Of a DNA stretch of 64,000 bases, positions 24,566-38,019 are shown in pieces. The notes under the pieces are model-generated. The model searched no databases and was not told where the DNA came from. It saw only the letters and a list, made by a program, of their open reading frames with translations. Made by a program: the position numbers and the translations under genes. Every line of letters begins with the position of its first letter. The first letter of the stretch is position 1. This DNA comes from Bigelowiella natans CCMP2755 (Eukaryota > Protista > Cercozoa), in contig ADNK01000698.1 in NCBI GenBank assembly GCA_000320545.1, positions 6,286 through 70,285 of the forward strand. The letters are read 5' to 3'.

Positions 24566-26649
24566 TATTAAAGGAAAATCTGCTCCTTAATTTCTACCTC
24601 GAAAAGCCTTCCTGCACTAGTCGAGAGCCTTTAAAGAAGAACTTCTTAAACACCGCCTCCTGGTTAGCCTCGATGGGCAGATCGCGTTCATCCATCAGAA
24701 ACGCCGCGAGGAAATCGGGTAGCTTTTCCCAGCAGACTCGAAAATTGTGTCGGAATACGCGCTCGGCGTACGAAATCCACACCGAGTTGTTAGCCAGTTT
24801 CTCCGGGTTGTTCTTGTATGTATAGCGAATCATGTAGAGCAAATCCACCGCGAGAGGATACGTTGAAACAAGCTCGCCGCGCTCAAACGCCTACAACGGC
24901 AGTTCGGAGAGATGAAAAGGAATTGGAGCAGCATAGGGAGAGAGGAAGAGGGGGTGGGGAGGTAGAGAGGGTGTGATATGAGAGAGTAATAAAGAACACA
25001 ATCGTCATCTGAAAGATATGGTAATAAATTTCATATCGCTATTGCACTGGCTCAATAGCTGCTCATAAAGTGCTTGTGAAAGACTTCTTCTCCTTCCAGT
25101 AGCACTACCTTACGCTCCTTGTCGCGGTTTTTCGGTGCCCCCTCCCTCGTAATCCAGTCCCAAGCGTATTCCAACAGGGTGACTTTCTCTTTTCGAGCCC
25201 CCGTCTCGTTATCTCGCCTCCACATTTCCATTCCAGCGCATTTATTCTTTATGGCACGGTTTTGCCACATAACCTTTGAAGGAAGGTGGCTGGTGTTAGA
25301 GATATCTCATATTGCTTCTTCGACACAGACAAAGACGTACAGTTGCTGTCACGTGGCGAGTCTCTATGTTTTTGGTGTGGATATTAGTCTGGCATTTTCA
25401 AAATGTGTGTGATATGATGTGATATGATATGATAGCTTCTCGCGGTTCAGTCTCAGCCACCAATTTGAGGAAGTTGAGGAGCGAGATGAGAAAGCTTTCG
25501 AAGCATTCCGTGGCACGTACGAGCAGCTTATAGAACTTCTTGAATCCATCTGGCAACGTGTAGTCGAAGCCGGGGATCACAGTCGCGCCGCTACTACTTC
25601 TGGGATAAAGGAGGGGGAGGAGAGGGGGGGACAATGATAGAAACTTAGCATTTTAATCTTTCTTTTCTTCCTCCTCTTCCCTCCAATAACCGCACCTCCA
25701 CCTCTCTCATCTTCTGACTTCATCCTCTACCACGACTATCATAAGTTGTCTGGTTCGTGACACATTCAAAGCTACAAACCGAGCGCTCCTCTCCTTCCTT
25801 TCCTCCTCTTCCTGCTGCTGAGGCCTTCCCTTGCCATTATTCCTGGCTTTTTGCTGCCTCTTCATCGCGCGAGCGATCATAGCACGCCCCCCACCCAGGC
25901 GCTCGATGATTTGGGCCACGCACGTATTCATTTTCCGGGGGAAGCCATCACAGTCGAGGAGACGGTTTATACCGTTCTTTATGGTGACTGAGTTATCTGC
26001 CCTCAGCCCTGCCTCGAGCGCCAGCTGTAATGCGTAGAGGAGGACTTGCGGGTGCTAAGATAGTGTACCACATCACCAGAAGCAAGGTCGGAGGAGGGAG
26101 GGGGGGGCGAGGATAAAAATCAAGGTATGACCCGATGCGAAGCATAATGAGGAGGACAAATTGCTTTTTTCGATCCTATTCGTAGTGAGGAGATGAGAAG
26201 TGGATCACATAAACATGATGGATGTATTATGTTTGTATGTCTCTCTATGTGTGCGCGGGGGGAGGAGGGGGGGGGTATGTTACTATTCAGTAGTTACTAC
26301 TCAGCAGTTAGTAAGGCAAGTGATTCAGAGAAGTGGATAACCGTTCCAGCTCTAATGATGAGTTCTCTCGCTACTTGCACCTAATAATATCAGAAAATGC
26401 TCATCTGATGATAAAATTTCCAGAAGGTACATATGTGTCGTTGTGTTGATATGTGTGTGTTAGCAGCACAGCAGCGCACATTTCGTCTTCGTCTTTCCAT
26501 CTTGCTTCAAATTTAGAGGTAATAAGGCCTATTTTTCATCAACTCTACCCGTGCGTTGTTGAGGGTTTCAATGATGATAAGAGTATTGCTGATAACGTGC
26601 AGTCGCATCATTAACCGCTGCTTCTCTGGAATCTTATTTCCTGGGTAAT

Positions 26650-26694
<45 letters not shown>

Positions 26695-26777
26695 TGGGGG
26701 AGGTAATGCTGGTGTTTTATCACGTTACACTAAATTGCATGCTAAGATAGACTAGCTATTCCTCTCCCTCTATCTCT

Positions 26778-26827
<50 letters not shown>

Positions 26828-26930
26828 CCTTCCCCAACCCCCATTTCCTCCTCCAACTCCCAAGTATGAAGGTAACAACAACCGCGGCGTTTTGAAGTGT
26901 CCAGGCGAGTTCCTTGGAGGGAGTAAGGAG

Positions 26931-26973
<43 letters not shown>

Positions 26974-29209
26974 TACAGGGAGGGGTAAGAGTGAGGTTAA
27001 TGACTGTAAAACCATCCTGAAGGCACCAATGACTATATCCAGATCAGAAGACTTTCATATCTTGAGGGGGAAATGGGGGGGGGGTGGGGGGGGGATGGAC
27101 CGTCTGTGCATGTCCGAGCAAGGTTATCGATGAGCTCCACAAGATGCGCTATTTTCTCCTCACACTGAAGCACACGTTTTTGGACCGTACGTCGGTTATT
27201 AGATAGAACCTCCTTCACACCTAGGAGGAGAGTGCGAGTTTAACGAGAGAGACAGAGGAGGGAGGAGGATGAAGCGAGGAAGTGCGGGAGAGAAAGATAA
27301 AGAGAGCGGAATATATAGAGGATGGGATTGAGAGTTTGAACGAAACACAACATAAAAACTTGTCTAAGTTCCACTCTTCCAGTTATACTACTCCTTCCCA
27401 ATTTTGTGTGGTAAATGGATTGATATCGTTAGACATCAGAGATAGTGGACATAAAGGTTGTTCGTGAGGAGAACTACGATATACCATCTCTTGGTTTTAT
27501 ATCACTATGATTACTATAATTATATGAGTAAAAAAGAAAGAAGAAAAATACAAATACTATTACCTGTTTCCTTATAAAATTTATAAAAGTCGAGGATGCT
27601 ACTTTGGGCATACCTGGGCGACGTTAAAGAGAATATCAATTGCTGTGCTTTCATATTTCGATCAAAGAGCAACATATTTAGCTGGCTACGGATTGTTCGT
27701 CGGTTACCAGATATCGTAAAAGCTCTCCAATTGTTTAGGCTGGATGAGCTTGAGTTGAAACACGTCTGGTGATGAGAGTGAGGACAAGGGGGGGGGGCGA
27801 CGAAACTAGCATGAGAATTAAGGGAGAGACAAGCAACTTCATCTCATCTTGACCTTTCCACGGAGGCTTATCCTCATCGTACTTCCAAAGCTTCATAGGG
27901 CTGGATCCGCATTTGTAATATTCGTCTTCACCGTGCCCCACCCAATACCACCTTAATGTTTGAAACGGGAAAACGGGGGGGGGCGATGAGGGCGTTGTTA
28001 TGCGTGCATTTGCACGAGTGAAGAAATGAAAACAAGAAACATTTGAATGATGGCTGCGTTGCTATTCTACTAGTGCTCCTCCATTCCTTTTTCCTTTCAG
28101 TGCCTATCATCATTACCGTTGTCTGGTCGAGCAAACTGCAATATGAACCATGGACTCGATATGCACGAACGGTGGGGTGAATGAAGGAGCCTTCTTCTCT
28201 ACTCCCCAGGCTCCATTGCTACTGCTAAACGTGGATCCTGTGCCCTTTCGATTGTAGTCGTGTAAACGAAAACGAAACCTAGGAATGATGTGGCAAAGCA
28301 GCTGTAACTACAGTGATGAGGATGGAATAGGCTAGGGAAGAGAGAGAGAGAGAGAGAAGGAGAGAGATGGGGAGACGGAGAGGCTACCTTGAGGCTCGAT
28401 CACGGTTACTTGTCACCTTCCACGAGCCATTAGCACCCGTATCATTCATCTCCAGAACCAGAAATAAGCCTGATAATTTATTGACCAGAAGGCCCTCAAA
28501 GATCATGGCTTTCGTCTTGGTGGTTCTCCAATACTGTGCGAGGCCGCTGTTTGCGGTGTACTTCGCATCGCAGTCCAGCTGCCACACTGCTAGAGGATTG
28601 CTCACAAAATCCGAGGAAAAGCGAAGGTTTATATTGGTACGACCCTGCAAGGGAACATAAGGAGGAAGGGGGGGGGGGGGGGGGGGAGAGGAAAATGCAA
28701 GAAGGGGGGAAGCTTTTTACGTTGAGGAGTTTGGAGAGGATTGCAGTCTATCCCCCTCCAAATTGGAGAGCATAGGAAATGCCATGTATCCCGAACAAAT
28801 ACGATGGCACTTCTGTTGTGCTGTTTCTGCTATTATGACTATGACTATGGCATTTTCAGACGTACTACCTACATCTCGCATTTTACTACCTCGTCATCTG
28901 CCTTCGACTCCATTGTGGAAATACGGCCAACGGGATTGCTCACTGTGCGGTCACGGTAAAGCAATGGATCTCCGCTGGGCATCTCCTCGTCTAAACCGCC
29001 GCCATCTTTGCCCTCCTCGTCAATTACCAACATCCTCCCTGTTTTCATGTCGCTGCTCCTCGCTGAGGTGTGTATGTGGATGGTGGTCAATTTGTGGGTA
29101 GTATGGTGACAGCCAGTCGCAGCTACAGCCATAGTAGTGCTTGCTTTGCATTTGCGTGTGTGTGTGTGTGTGCATGCGTGGGTGGGTGCGTTTATGCGCG
29201 GGTCTAGTC

Positions 29210-29252
<43 letters not shown>

Positions 29253-30666
29253 TGTAGTTATGCTGCCGGTGCTTTCAAGCGACTTTTAGAAAGCCTAAGG
29301 TCGGTCCTCGGCGGGAGGTTGGACTGTGCTTTACCCGCCCCTTTAACATCGCTGTCTTTGTTGCTACTCGCAGCTCCCGCCGCGAGAATAAGCTGGAAAC
29401 AATCTTCGGCTGTGATTGAACTCGAATTAGCAGAAGACGCGGCGATGGCTCGCACAGAATTAAGGCCAATGTATTGCAGCTGCAACAAGTCGCCATGTCG
29501 TAGATGCCTGCGTATGGAAAATATGAGAGTATAGCAAAAGTCTTATTCATACTGAAACTGAGATCACTTACGTTAGCTCCCCAAGCGCGTCCCTCATGAC
29601 TCGGACCTTCCACAACGACTCCACGGCCTTCTTACTAGCGAGAGCTACGCTTTCGAGCTGATGGGCGAATATCACATTTTCTGGATTTTCTTCATCGTAT
29701 TTAAGATAGTAATAGTTGGAGTCGGTGCCATGTGCTTGCATCCATAAATAACCATGCCGCTTTTGAATGCGGTCGCCTGAGAAGCGCAGCAAAAAAGAAC
29801 AGCGGATGAGAGTCGGATTAGGAACATTTCTCTTCAATTATGTATGCAGAATGAAAATTGTGCGCACTATCATACCATGATTCACGAAGCCATTGTCCGG
29901 AGGCATGATGGTAAGATCCACGCCCTTAACATCTAAAGTCATGGACATCGAGCCATCATCCTGCACTCCTTTATCCGCATCACGGGATTGGAGGAAGAGC
30001 GAGCTAAACAACGAAACATATCATCGCTTACAGCTTACAGCACAACATCATTCTCCACTTCCCAAGAATAAATATAGTTTGAAGCTTGATTGCAAACCTA
30101 TACACGTGTCGTAGCTTTATTTTGTCGCCATAGCGCAACTCCTCCCCTGGGGGGCGGAAAAGGCACACGAATTGCCACAGGCAGCTCTCCTCGTAGTGGA
30201 CCGGGTTGAGCAAACATGAGATCTTTCCTTTGCTTACTTTACGATTCCTGCCCAGATAATATGGGAGCGACTCCGGGGACAGCTCCACGATGTCACCACT
30301 GATAAATGAATGGGTTTAAAAGATTCTTGACTGGAATGCGATAAGAAAGCGTTTACTTCTTTATATAGCCGAGCGCTTCGATTCCTGTCACATCTGCAAG
30401 GGATCTGCTGGAATAGTCCTGATGAAATGATATAAGTGATTTTTTGGCTATCATGAATGTCATTGTTTGCGCAATTTCTAGCTGCGTAATTTCAGACGTC
30501 TTCAAAGGAAGCTGTGGGCAAATACCCATAGGATTATTCCGATTCAGAATTCCGCATTAAGTACGGACAATATCTACTAATTCTGTTGCTGAATTCTGAT
30601 CGAAACTTGGGTGGAAGAGTGTATGATAGGGAGCTAATTGCCTTAGGGGGGACAGGCCCCTCCATC
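5966..30666 (-). CDS. Inositol 1,4,5-trisphosphate/ryanodine receptor-like Ca2+ release channel (multi-exon)
   Basis: N-terminal NGDIVEL..CLWQF..RYGDKIKLRHVY (IP3R/MIR-like, ~30100-30420). RIH-associated-like LSEVCYGPNTSNQ (~10100-10160) and RLLRSVIDG. S6 ILVSIITGIIIDTFAEMRE (~6690-6760). C-terminal zinc-finger KCVICRK..FD..F..H...EHSIWAY (6300-6450). Last exon 6094-5966 VLLEGDSKLWRIIP..EEEE*. Start (MEGPVPPK) is tentative. Confidence 0.85.
10631..10682 (+). repeat. (CTA)n intronic microsatellite
   Basis: Nearly pure CTA run. One of dozens of (TA)n, (GA)n, (CA)n and trinucleotide runs in introns across the window. Confidence 0.95.
21394..21471. repeat. Compound (CT)n(GT)n(GA)n self-complementary microsatellite
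   Basis: CT run and GA run flank a GT run, so it could form a hairpin. Confidence 0.9.
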
Positions 30667-31831
30667 TTGGAGGATAGCAGTCGGTATTCAAAAGAGGTGA
30701 TTCGTTTTGTCATGCAATCACTCACTCGTAGCTGTAATTGCTGCTGAAAGCAAGAGCCGCCATCAACTTCCCGTCTAATTTTTTCCCGGCGGCTCAATGC
30801 ACGTCAAGCCATTGCTGCACAATGAACTCTTGGAAGCAAGCGCACGGGTCGAATGTATCTCGTCGGCCACGGAGGACCGATGTCGTCCTATTTAAAGCAG
30901 GTTAAGATGCCTCATTTCTCATTTGGTCAATAATGTCTATTTTTATTTCGCGACAACAAAAACACGTCAAACGATGATAGAATCTCCTTTAATTTTAGAT
31001 TCCATATGGTGGTCTCTGTTATTTCGTTTACAGATCTGAGAACGTTTGTCGCTTTAAGAAATTGCACAGTAATGTTCATAAAGAACTCCTCTTGTGGAAA
31101 TGATAGGCCGAAATATTCGTACTAAAAAAAGGTTTTTAGAAAAATCTTTTACGTTTTGGGAAATACCGGGCTAATCCCGAAGTATATGCAAGAGAATAGG
31201 TGAATTTTGAAGTCGCATTAGGCGAACATCCTTTTGGGACCACGTTCTGATCTTATCCGGTGATATTTCCACAAAAAGGGTAAAATTATCGCATTATACC
31301 TTGACGACATGTCCAGATTGCTGAAATCGATGGGAATACGCCGGGGTACAGCTTAGTTCATTGCGAATGTTATGCATCCGAAGTGCTCAAAACCCAAGAA
31401 GCTGCGGTTAGCCCTCCCTCTCTCGTGTTGATGCATGTATCGTGACTTCAATAACTTAAAATGCATTGGATGGGTGTAGAATTTCATTTATATGGGACAT
31501 TTATTTGTCTTGCAAACGCAAGAGTGCTCCATTAGTCGACACTACCTTTACAGTGTGAGGGGGGTACCACACAACACAATTCTATGGCATTGCGAATTAA
31601 AAGCTGGAGAAGCGAGGCTTCGATACTCTATTAGAGCCGCAAAAGTCCTGGCGTAGAGCACGCATTCGCAAACATAGGCTAATCAATATATATAAGTTCA
31701 CCAATGAACCAGAGAAAGATAATGCTTTTATGATAGGTTGGTTTTGCTTCTCTTTACTCGCAGGGGACGTACAGGGACTCAGCAGAATGCAGATAATATC
31801 ACGCGAACGTGACCCTTTGGTCCGTGGATCG
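30667..31831. promoter_or_regulatory. Divergent (head-to-head) intergenic region between IP3R-like and CPOX
   Basis: AT-rich, microsatellite-poor spacer between opposite 5' ends. Promoter function is inferred from position only. Confidence 0.45.
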
Positions 31832-33553
31832 ATGCGATGGCGTAGTATGTCGTCGTCATTGCTGCTCGTAGCTGTAGGACTAGTTGGCTGTCTGGCTTTG
31901 ATTTCCTCTGGAAGATCAATGTCTCCTCTCTCGCTTGCTGCAGCCCCAAGAATGGCTGCTGTTAGAAATAGAGTTGTTCCGAACTCTGGAAGGGTAAGAA
32001 TAAGAAGGATCAAATACTGTGGATGTGGCGATTTACATGCATGATGTGTTTGCGTTTTTTATGCACTGTATATGAGACATGTGGTATCGATCGCTCCGTT
32101 GCACTAGCCTGTTCAGCATCGAATGAAACAATGTCCTTCTCCTCTAAAAGTTTGCTGGAGGTCCCTCCTTTCTCACAGCTTCCTCAATAACAGCAGGTAC
32201 GTTTACCGAACAAAATATTTCGCATTCATCCACATACCAACTACCTGGCTATTCTTGCTTATACCTGCCAAATACTTCTAATGAATCGTTCCTGCTCTCT
32301 CTCTCTCTCTCTCTCTCTCCCTCCCTCCCTCCTCTCTCCGAATAAAATATACAGATGGGAAGAAGCAAAGCTCGGCAACTGAATTGACTCCTCATCTGCT
32401 TCCTCTCCAAAGCATGCGAGCAGCAGCAGTGGAAGCTCCAGTGGAAATTTCGGCTAACAGCCCAGGTTATGCGAATATCTGTAAGTATATATGTACACGC
32501 ATATGCACCAAGGGGGAGAGACTGGGTGAGAATAGAGGAAAATTACGTCCGACACACATGATACTTACCACCATCGCTTTCCGCGTCGTATTGCTCTCCC
32601 CTGCCCACTCATTCGTTGTGACGTATCCTTTGCCAGAGGAGCAAGATAAGAGTCTGCTTCCGGATGATGTCGAATTTGGCGACCCAGAGATCCGGTATAC
32701 TCTCTCAACAATCATCACCTGCCTGGGAAACGTCGCACACATACGCATGCACACGTTCATAACACATAAACACACAGCAAACGAGCCGAGCGCATACACC
32801 ACAACCGACATAACAGTATTCGCATCATCTCTTACAATGTCTGGCAATGGATCAGAGCAAAGTTTGAGCGAGTTTTGATGAAAGCCCAGGACAACATCTG
32901 CAAGTAAGTCGGATTGAGATGCCAGCAACAGCACCATAGACTCTTTTAAATTTAATCTCGCCATACTCTACTGCTGTCAACCTCTGCGACTTTGCAACGT
33001 GAGCTTCGAGTCGGCATAGCCGCTAAAATGTTATCTTTCGAAGCGAAAACCAACCAAGCAAGCGAGAGGCTACCGCCATTTCTTAGCTATCCTTCCCGTA
33101 TGTTCATGATAGTGTGTTTACCCTCCAGGGCTCTTGAAGAGATGGATGGTGAGGGAAAGTTCCAACAGGACAGGTAATGGAGACAGAGAGCGATAAGAAG
33201 ACTGTATGGTTCGGGTGAGTCGTTACTGAAAAGGAGGGGATCGAGAGCTATGAGTCTGCACAATAGGGCACAATACTCCGCGGGTTCACTGATCTTCCTG
33301 CTGTGTGCTTCTGCTACTGTTGTGTGTTTATCTTTGAATGGCACGTGGATTTTTAGATGGTTGAAGTCCACTGGTGGCGGAGGTAACGTTAGCAACAGCT
33401 CCCACGACGGCCATTTAAAATGAAAACGAGCGCTGTCTCCGCGCTTTCGTACAATGATGAGTTCATCTGGTATTTTTACAGGCCGCTCACGCGTGATGTC
33501 CGAGGGGAAGGTTTTCGAAAAAGCCGGTGAAGCTACAGCTATTACTATCCTTT

Positions 33554-33594
<41 letters not shown>

Positions 33595-36371
33595 ACCAAG
33601 CTAGTAGTAGTGCCTATCTTGATACTTTTCTCTTCTTAGGCATTAATCTTTCCGTTCTGAAAGGCGCTTTACCATACGAGGTGTGAACTTGTTTTTGGGT
33701 TGCCGCACCAGTGCTAGTTGTGTGTTTATTCATACCCGTCTCTGAATCTCCTCTTTCTCTCTCTCCTTCTCTTTCTCTTTCTCTTTCTACCGTTCCTGAT
33801 CCTTCGTATTTGTTTCTGTGTGGGCTTCCCAATTGCCTTAGTTTATTGCTAAGCGCGGCGAGTGCAAAGGCTTCAAAGAAGGTAACGTTTACCAGTTCAC
33901 AAGACCAAACCTGTTCATCACACGATTTTGTTTTAAATTCAAACTCATTTTGGCATCTCTCCTTACTCCCTCTAAGGCGAAAGGATACCCTACGTGGGAA
34001 TGGGCCTCAGCTCTGTGATTCACGTGCGAATGATGAGTTTACTCGACAACATGATGATGACGATGATGATAATGGTGGCGGTGGCGGCGGTGGTGATAGT
34101 GACGGCGATTGTCATGAAGAATGGCGACCATTTCCAAGGAGAAAGGGAAGGAGAATGAAGAAGAAGGAGAAGAAGAAGAAAGAGAAGAAGAAGAAGGAGA
34201 AGAAGAAGGAGAAGACAAATCTTGTGAGAGAAGCAAGAGAACGCACCTATTTTCTAGGGCGCATACATATAGTCACATTGCACATCCAGAGCGCGGATCG
34301 CAAATATTAGGCTCTTCCTTTTGCCTTTACGCACGCATGTTCTAGTTTGAATTGCTTGCTGATGGGTGCCTGCTGCTATTAACAGCCCCGAAATCCATTC
34401 GCACCGACGATGCACTTCAACTACCGGCTCTTTCAAACCGAGTGCGGCGTGTGGTGGTTTGGAGGAGGCACGGATATTACTCCAAGCTACATCGATAAGG
34501 ATGACTTGAAGCTCTTCCACGGTATTCGATCCCAAATTTGCACTGCGCTGGTATTTGACTCTGATAATGTACCCGTGTTTGTTGTGCTTGATTGCCGTTC
34601 TTGGTATGTTTCTCTCGCATAACAAAAGGCACATACAAGGAGGTAACGTTTCTGATAGCGGCAAGCAAATGCCGCGCCACGCAGCACACCGTCCATGCCC
34701 TGCTACTGCTGATGATATATTCTTGCTGCTGCTAAATGTCTAACAACAAAGAGAATTTAATCCGAAAATCAATGAGTTTCTCCGGTCGACAATCCGCCAA
34801 GGGTGGTTGTCGATGATGTAGCCATCGTTATGCGGCCTCAGCCCGCCTTGAGCGGATGCCGATTTTGCTGCCTCATCAGGTGTGCGACAAGCATGATCCA
34901 GAGTTCTATCCCAAATTTAAGAAATGGGCTGATGAGTACTTTGTCATCAAGCACAGGGGAGAAACAAGAGGCCTTGGTCATATGTCCCTCGCACTATTTT
35001 TCACCATAACGGCACGCATCCGCAATAGAGAACACGAGATGCTGAGAATACCAAAACTGTTGTTTTGCCTTGTGCTATACGGCCTTTTGGTCAGCTACTG
35101 CCATGCTAATTGCTGCATCAACAACTACATTAGGTGGCATTTTCTCGGACGATATGAATGATCGGTGCTATATTTTTCTATATAATATTAATGGTGGTGG
35201 TGGTGGTGGTAGCTAATGGTGGTGAGAATAAACAGGGAGTCAAGAGAAAATATTCTTTGCCATGATCATATCTTCCATGTCAGCGATCCGGAGAAGCTAC
35301 TCGAATTCTACACAGACTGTGTCAATGTGAGTGATGATACTTGTCTCTCCTGATTGATGCCTTGAAGCCATGCCACATCCCCGTTCCCTATGTAACACCC
35401 GCCGTACGAGTGACAAATCTTTTTGGTTTTCACCTTAATTTAGAGCGTCGTGCCCGCGTACGTTCCTATAGTGAAGAAGCACATGAACGATGAGTTCACC
35501 GCTCAGCAAAAGGAGTGGCAGGGGATGCGGAGAGGCCGGTACAAATGTCGCATCTACCATTTTCTCTCTTAAAAGCAGCTCGCCTCGCTCTAATACAGAA
35601 TATGTACCAAAACTTAAGTCCTGAATGTGACCGAGAAAAACGCTATTGAACTGTTGCTTCCACACCTCTCTTCCTCTAATCCCCTCTCCTCCTCCTCTTC
35701 TTCCAACTTCTACTTATGGTGTCGCAGGTACGTTGAGTTTAATGTAGTGTACGATCGTGGGACTATCTTTGGCTTGAAAATGGTAGAAGTTATAGAGAAA
35801 TGTTAGTGTTCATAGGAATAATTCAAATATTTATATGCGGTGTGACGATGTGACGGTGATGATGGAGGATGGAGAAAGAAATCGATTAGGTTAGGGTACT
35901 AAATCTTTGGTATGACGTAGCAGCAGTATATTGGGTGGTGGTGATATTTGTCTTTCATCCTCCCTTCCCCGCTCAAAATTCTGGAAAGCTCTAACTCAGC
36001 CCTTGCTTCTCTTCTGTCTTTTGCTGTCTGTGTGTGTGTGTGTGTGTGTGTCTCCGTATCGCACGTGCTATTATCAGGGCCTTAACACCGAACGCATTCT
36101 GATGTCCCTTCCACTTCAAGCTAGATGGGAATATGACCACCAGATAGAGCCAGGTAGTATGAAAGGAAGAGGAGGAGCGAGGCGGGGGCACAATTGAGAT
36201 TTCCATGCTATCACAGCTGATTTTCTCTATTGATACTAGTTGCCCATATCTAGCATATCCATACACAGAGAGAAGTGTGAGCGTGTATTTGTGTTGTGCT
36301 GCCTACCCTTCACAGGCTCTCCTGAGGCAGACATCATGGATGCTTTCAAGAATCCGAGGGAATGGGTTTAG
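31832..36371 (+). CDS. CPOX: Oxygen-dependent coproporphyrinogen III oxidase with bipartite (signal + transit) plastid-targeting leader
   Basis: Spliced exons give [124 protein letters not shown]. Confidence 0.95.
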
Positions 36372-37114
36372 AAACGGATGGGCAGGAGAGAATAATGTCG
36401 GTCTAATACGCTCATAGTTGAAGCATGCTCATTGCACTCGTTCGCCATGCCACAATGTTGTCTGAATGCACAGTACATAATGCGTGAAAGTGATTGGGAA
36501 AAATTAAACATTTCATTACATACACCGTCTCATAATAATGCGCGTGGAAAGTGAAGTCTGTCATTGATCATCCTGCGCGCATGCATGCATTGTGGCATGC
36601 AACAAATCATGTGGACATGTTTGTCACTAGCTCTAGAAGACATGCTAGCATGTGCATGTACGTCTCATGTGTGCTGCACAAAATTGCAAATCCATTTTGG
36701 GCAATCGATCTAGCAATGGCATGTGCATCTCTAAATCTATGCATCTAACTAGCTAGATGTACCATGATCGAATGCAACACAGCTAGAGATAGGCACACGT
36801 ACGTGGAAGGCTGAAAGATGACATGACCATTGGATTCACATCTGAACTTGGTGCAGTAGCGCACCCCCGTTTGCGACAAGCTTGCTAGCTAGAGATGACG
36901 ATGTGCTCAACGCTCGCTAGCGCGTGCGATGCAGTCGCGCGTGCACTCGTAGGTCGATCTAGATCGACATGTGACGACATCACATCGCACACGTAAGAAC
37001 GAGTAACATCGACAAAATGCTTATCGTGCTAAAGATAAAGGCTCATAGATTTGATGGACCAGAAGCTATCATTCAGGATTTCTCTAGCTCTGCTGTCTGG
37101 GTGGTTCCTATTTC

Positions 37115-37607
37115 TTATGCAATTTCGAAGTCCTTGATCTGAGAATTAACCTCTTTCACATAGGCTGCTTCAGCGTCTTCTTTGCTCATTCCTTTGTACG
37201 ATATACGATATATGGAAGAATGTTACATCTTAATTTGAAATAAGACACTTCTCTTCTCTTCTTCCCCCCTCTCTCTATTTAAACTTTGTTCATACCCTTG
37301 AGCTTTGCCCAGGCATCATACTTGGCACGTGCTTCCAGCTGGATTGCCCATGGTTGGGAACCTTTTACATCCCCCTCCTTTACTTGCTTGTAGTGTGCGT
37401 AAAGAGCCAATTTCCTCTCGTTTGGTACTGTCTTCTTTGGCTGGTGCGACTTATCGCTGATGAACTTGACAGCCTCCTCGAATGATTTTAATTCCGATCT
37501 AAAGTATATAATTTACTGGTTATTTTCGACACGATGCAGAGCAACTCTACGCTGGGCGATGAACGCGTGGTGATTGGGAAGGGGGGTGGGGGAAGCTATT
37601 ACGCCAT
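37115..37607 (-). CDS. ACBP: Acyl-CoA-binding protein (3 exons)
   Basis: MA|SELKSFEEAVKFI..KLALYAHYKQVKEGD..P..QLEARAKYDAWAKLKG|MSKEDAEAAYVKEV..*, matching the ACBP signature. Confidence 0.93.
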
Positions 37608-38019
37608 GTTGTGCTCGTAAGCTTCGCTTTAGTGCGGAGTATCTTCTAAATATCTCTCTCGAGATTGCTGGGCAAACATTGCCTGCGACAAGCAATTGTT
37701 TCACAAAAAGTTAGTCTAGAAAGGCAGGGATTGCATTGAGATGAAACACAACATCGTGCAAGATGACACGAGACTCAAACTTAACAACAACGAAGACAAA
37801 ATTTGGAAATAGTAACAGGAAAAACGACGAAGACAAATGATAAGTAGCAAAAGAATGAAAAAAGGGCCCAGGTTCAGAAATGTTTCTAAACTGAGTTGCA
37901 TGAAAGTAGTTGTCGCAGGTGATAAATCCAACACATTTCGGCCTCCAATATCGAATCTGCCGACAGGCAAATACGACGACCTAAGCAGGCCACGCGCTCG
38001 TACCAATCACGAAATAGAA
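37608..38019. promoter_or_regulatory. Short divergent spacer between ACBP and the reductase (~410 bp)
   Basis: Opposite start codons ~410 bp apart. Bidirectional promoter is inferred. Confidence 0.45.
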
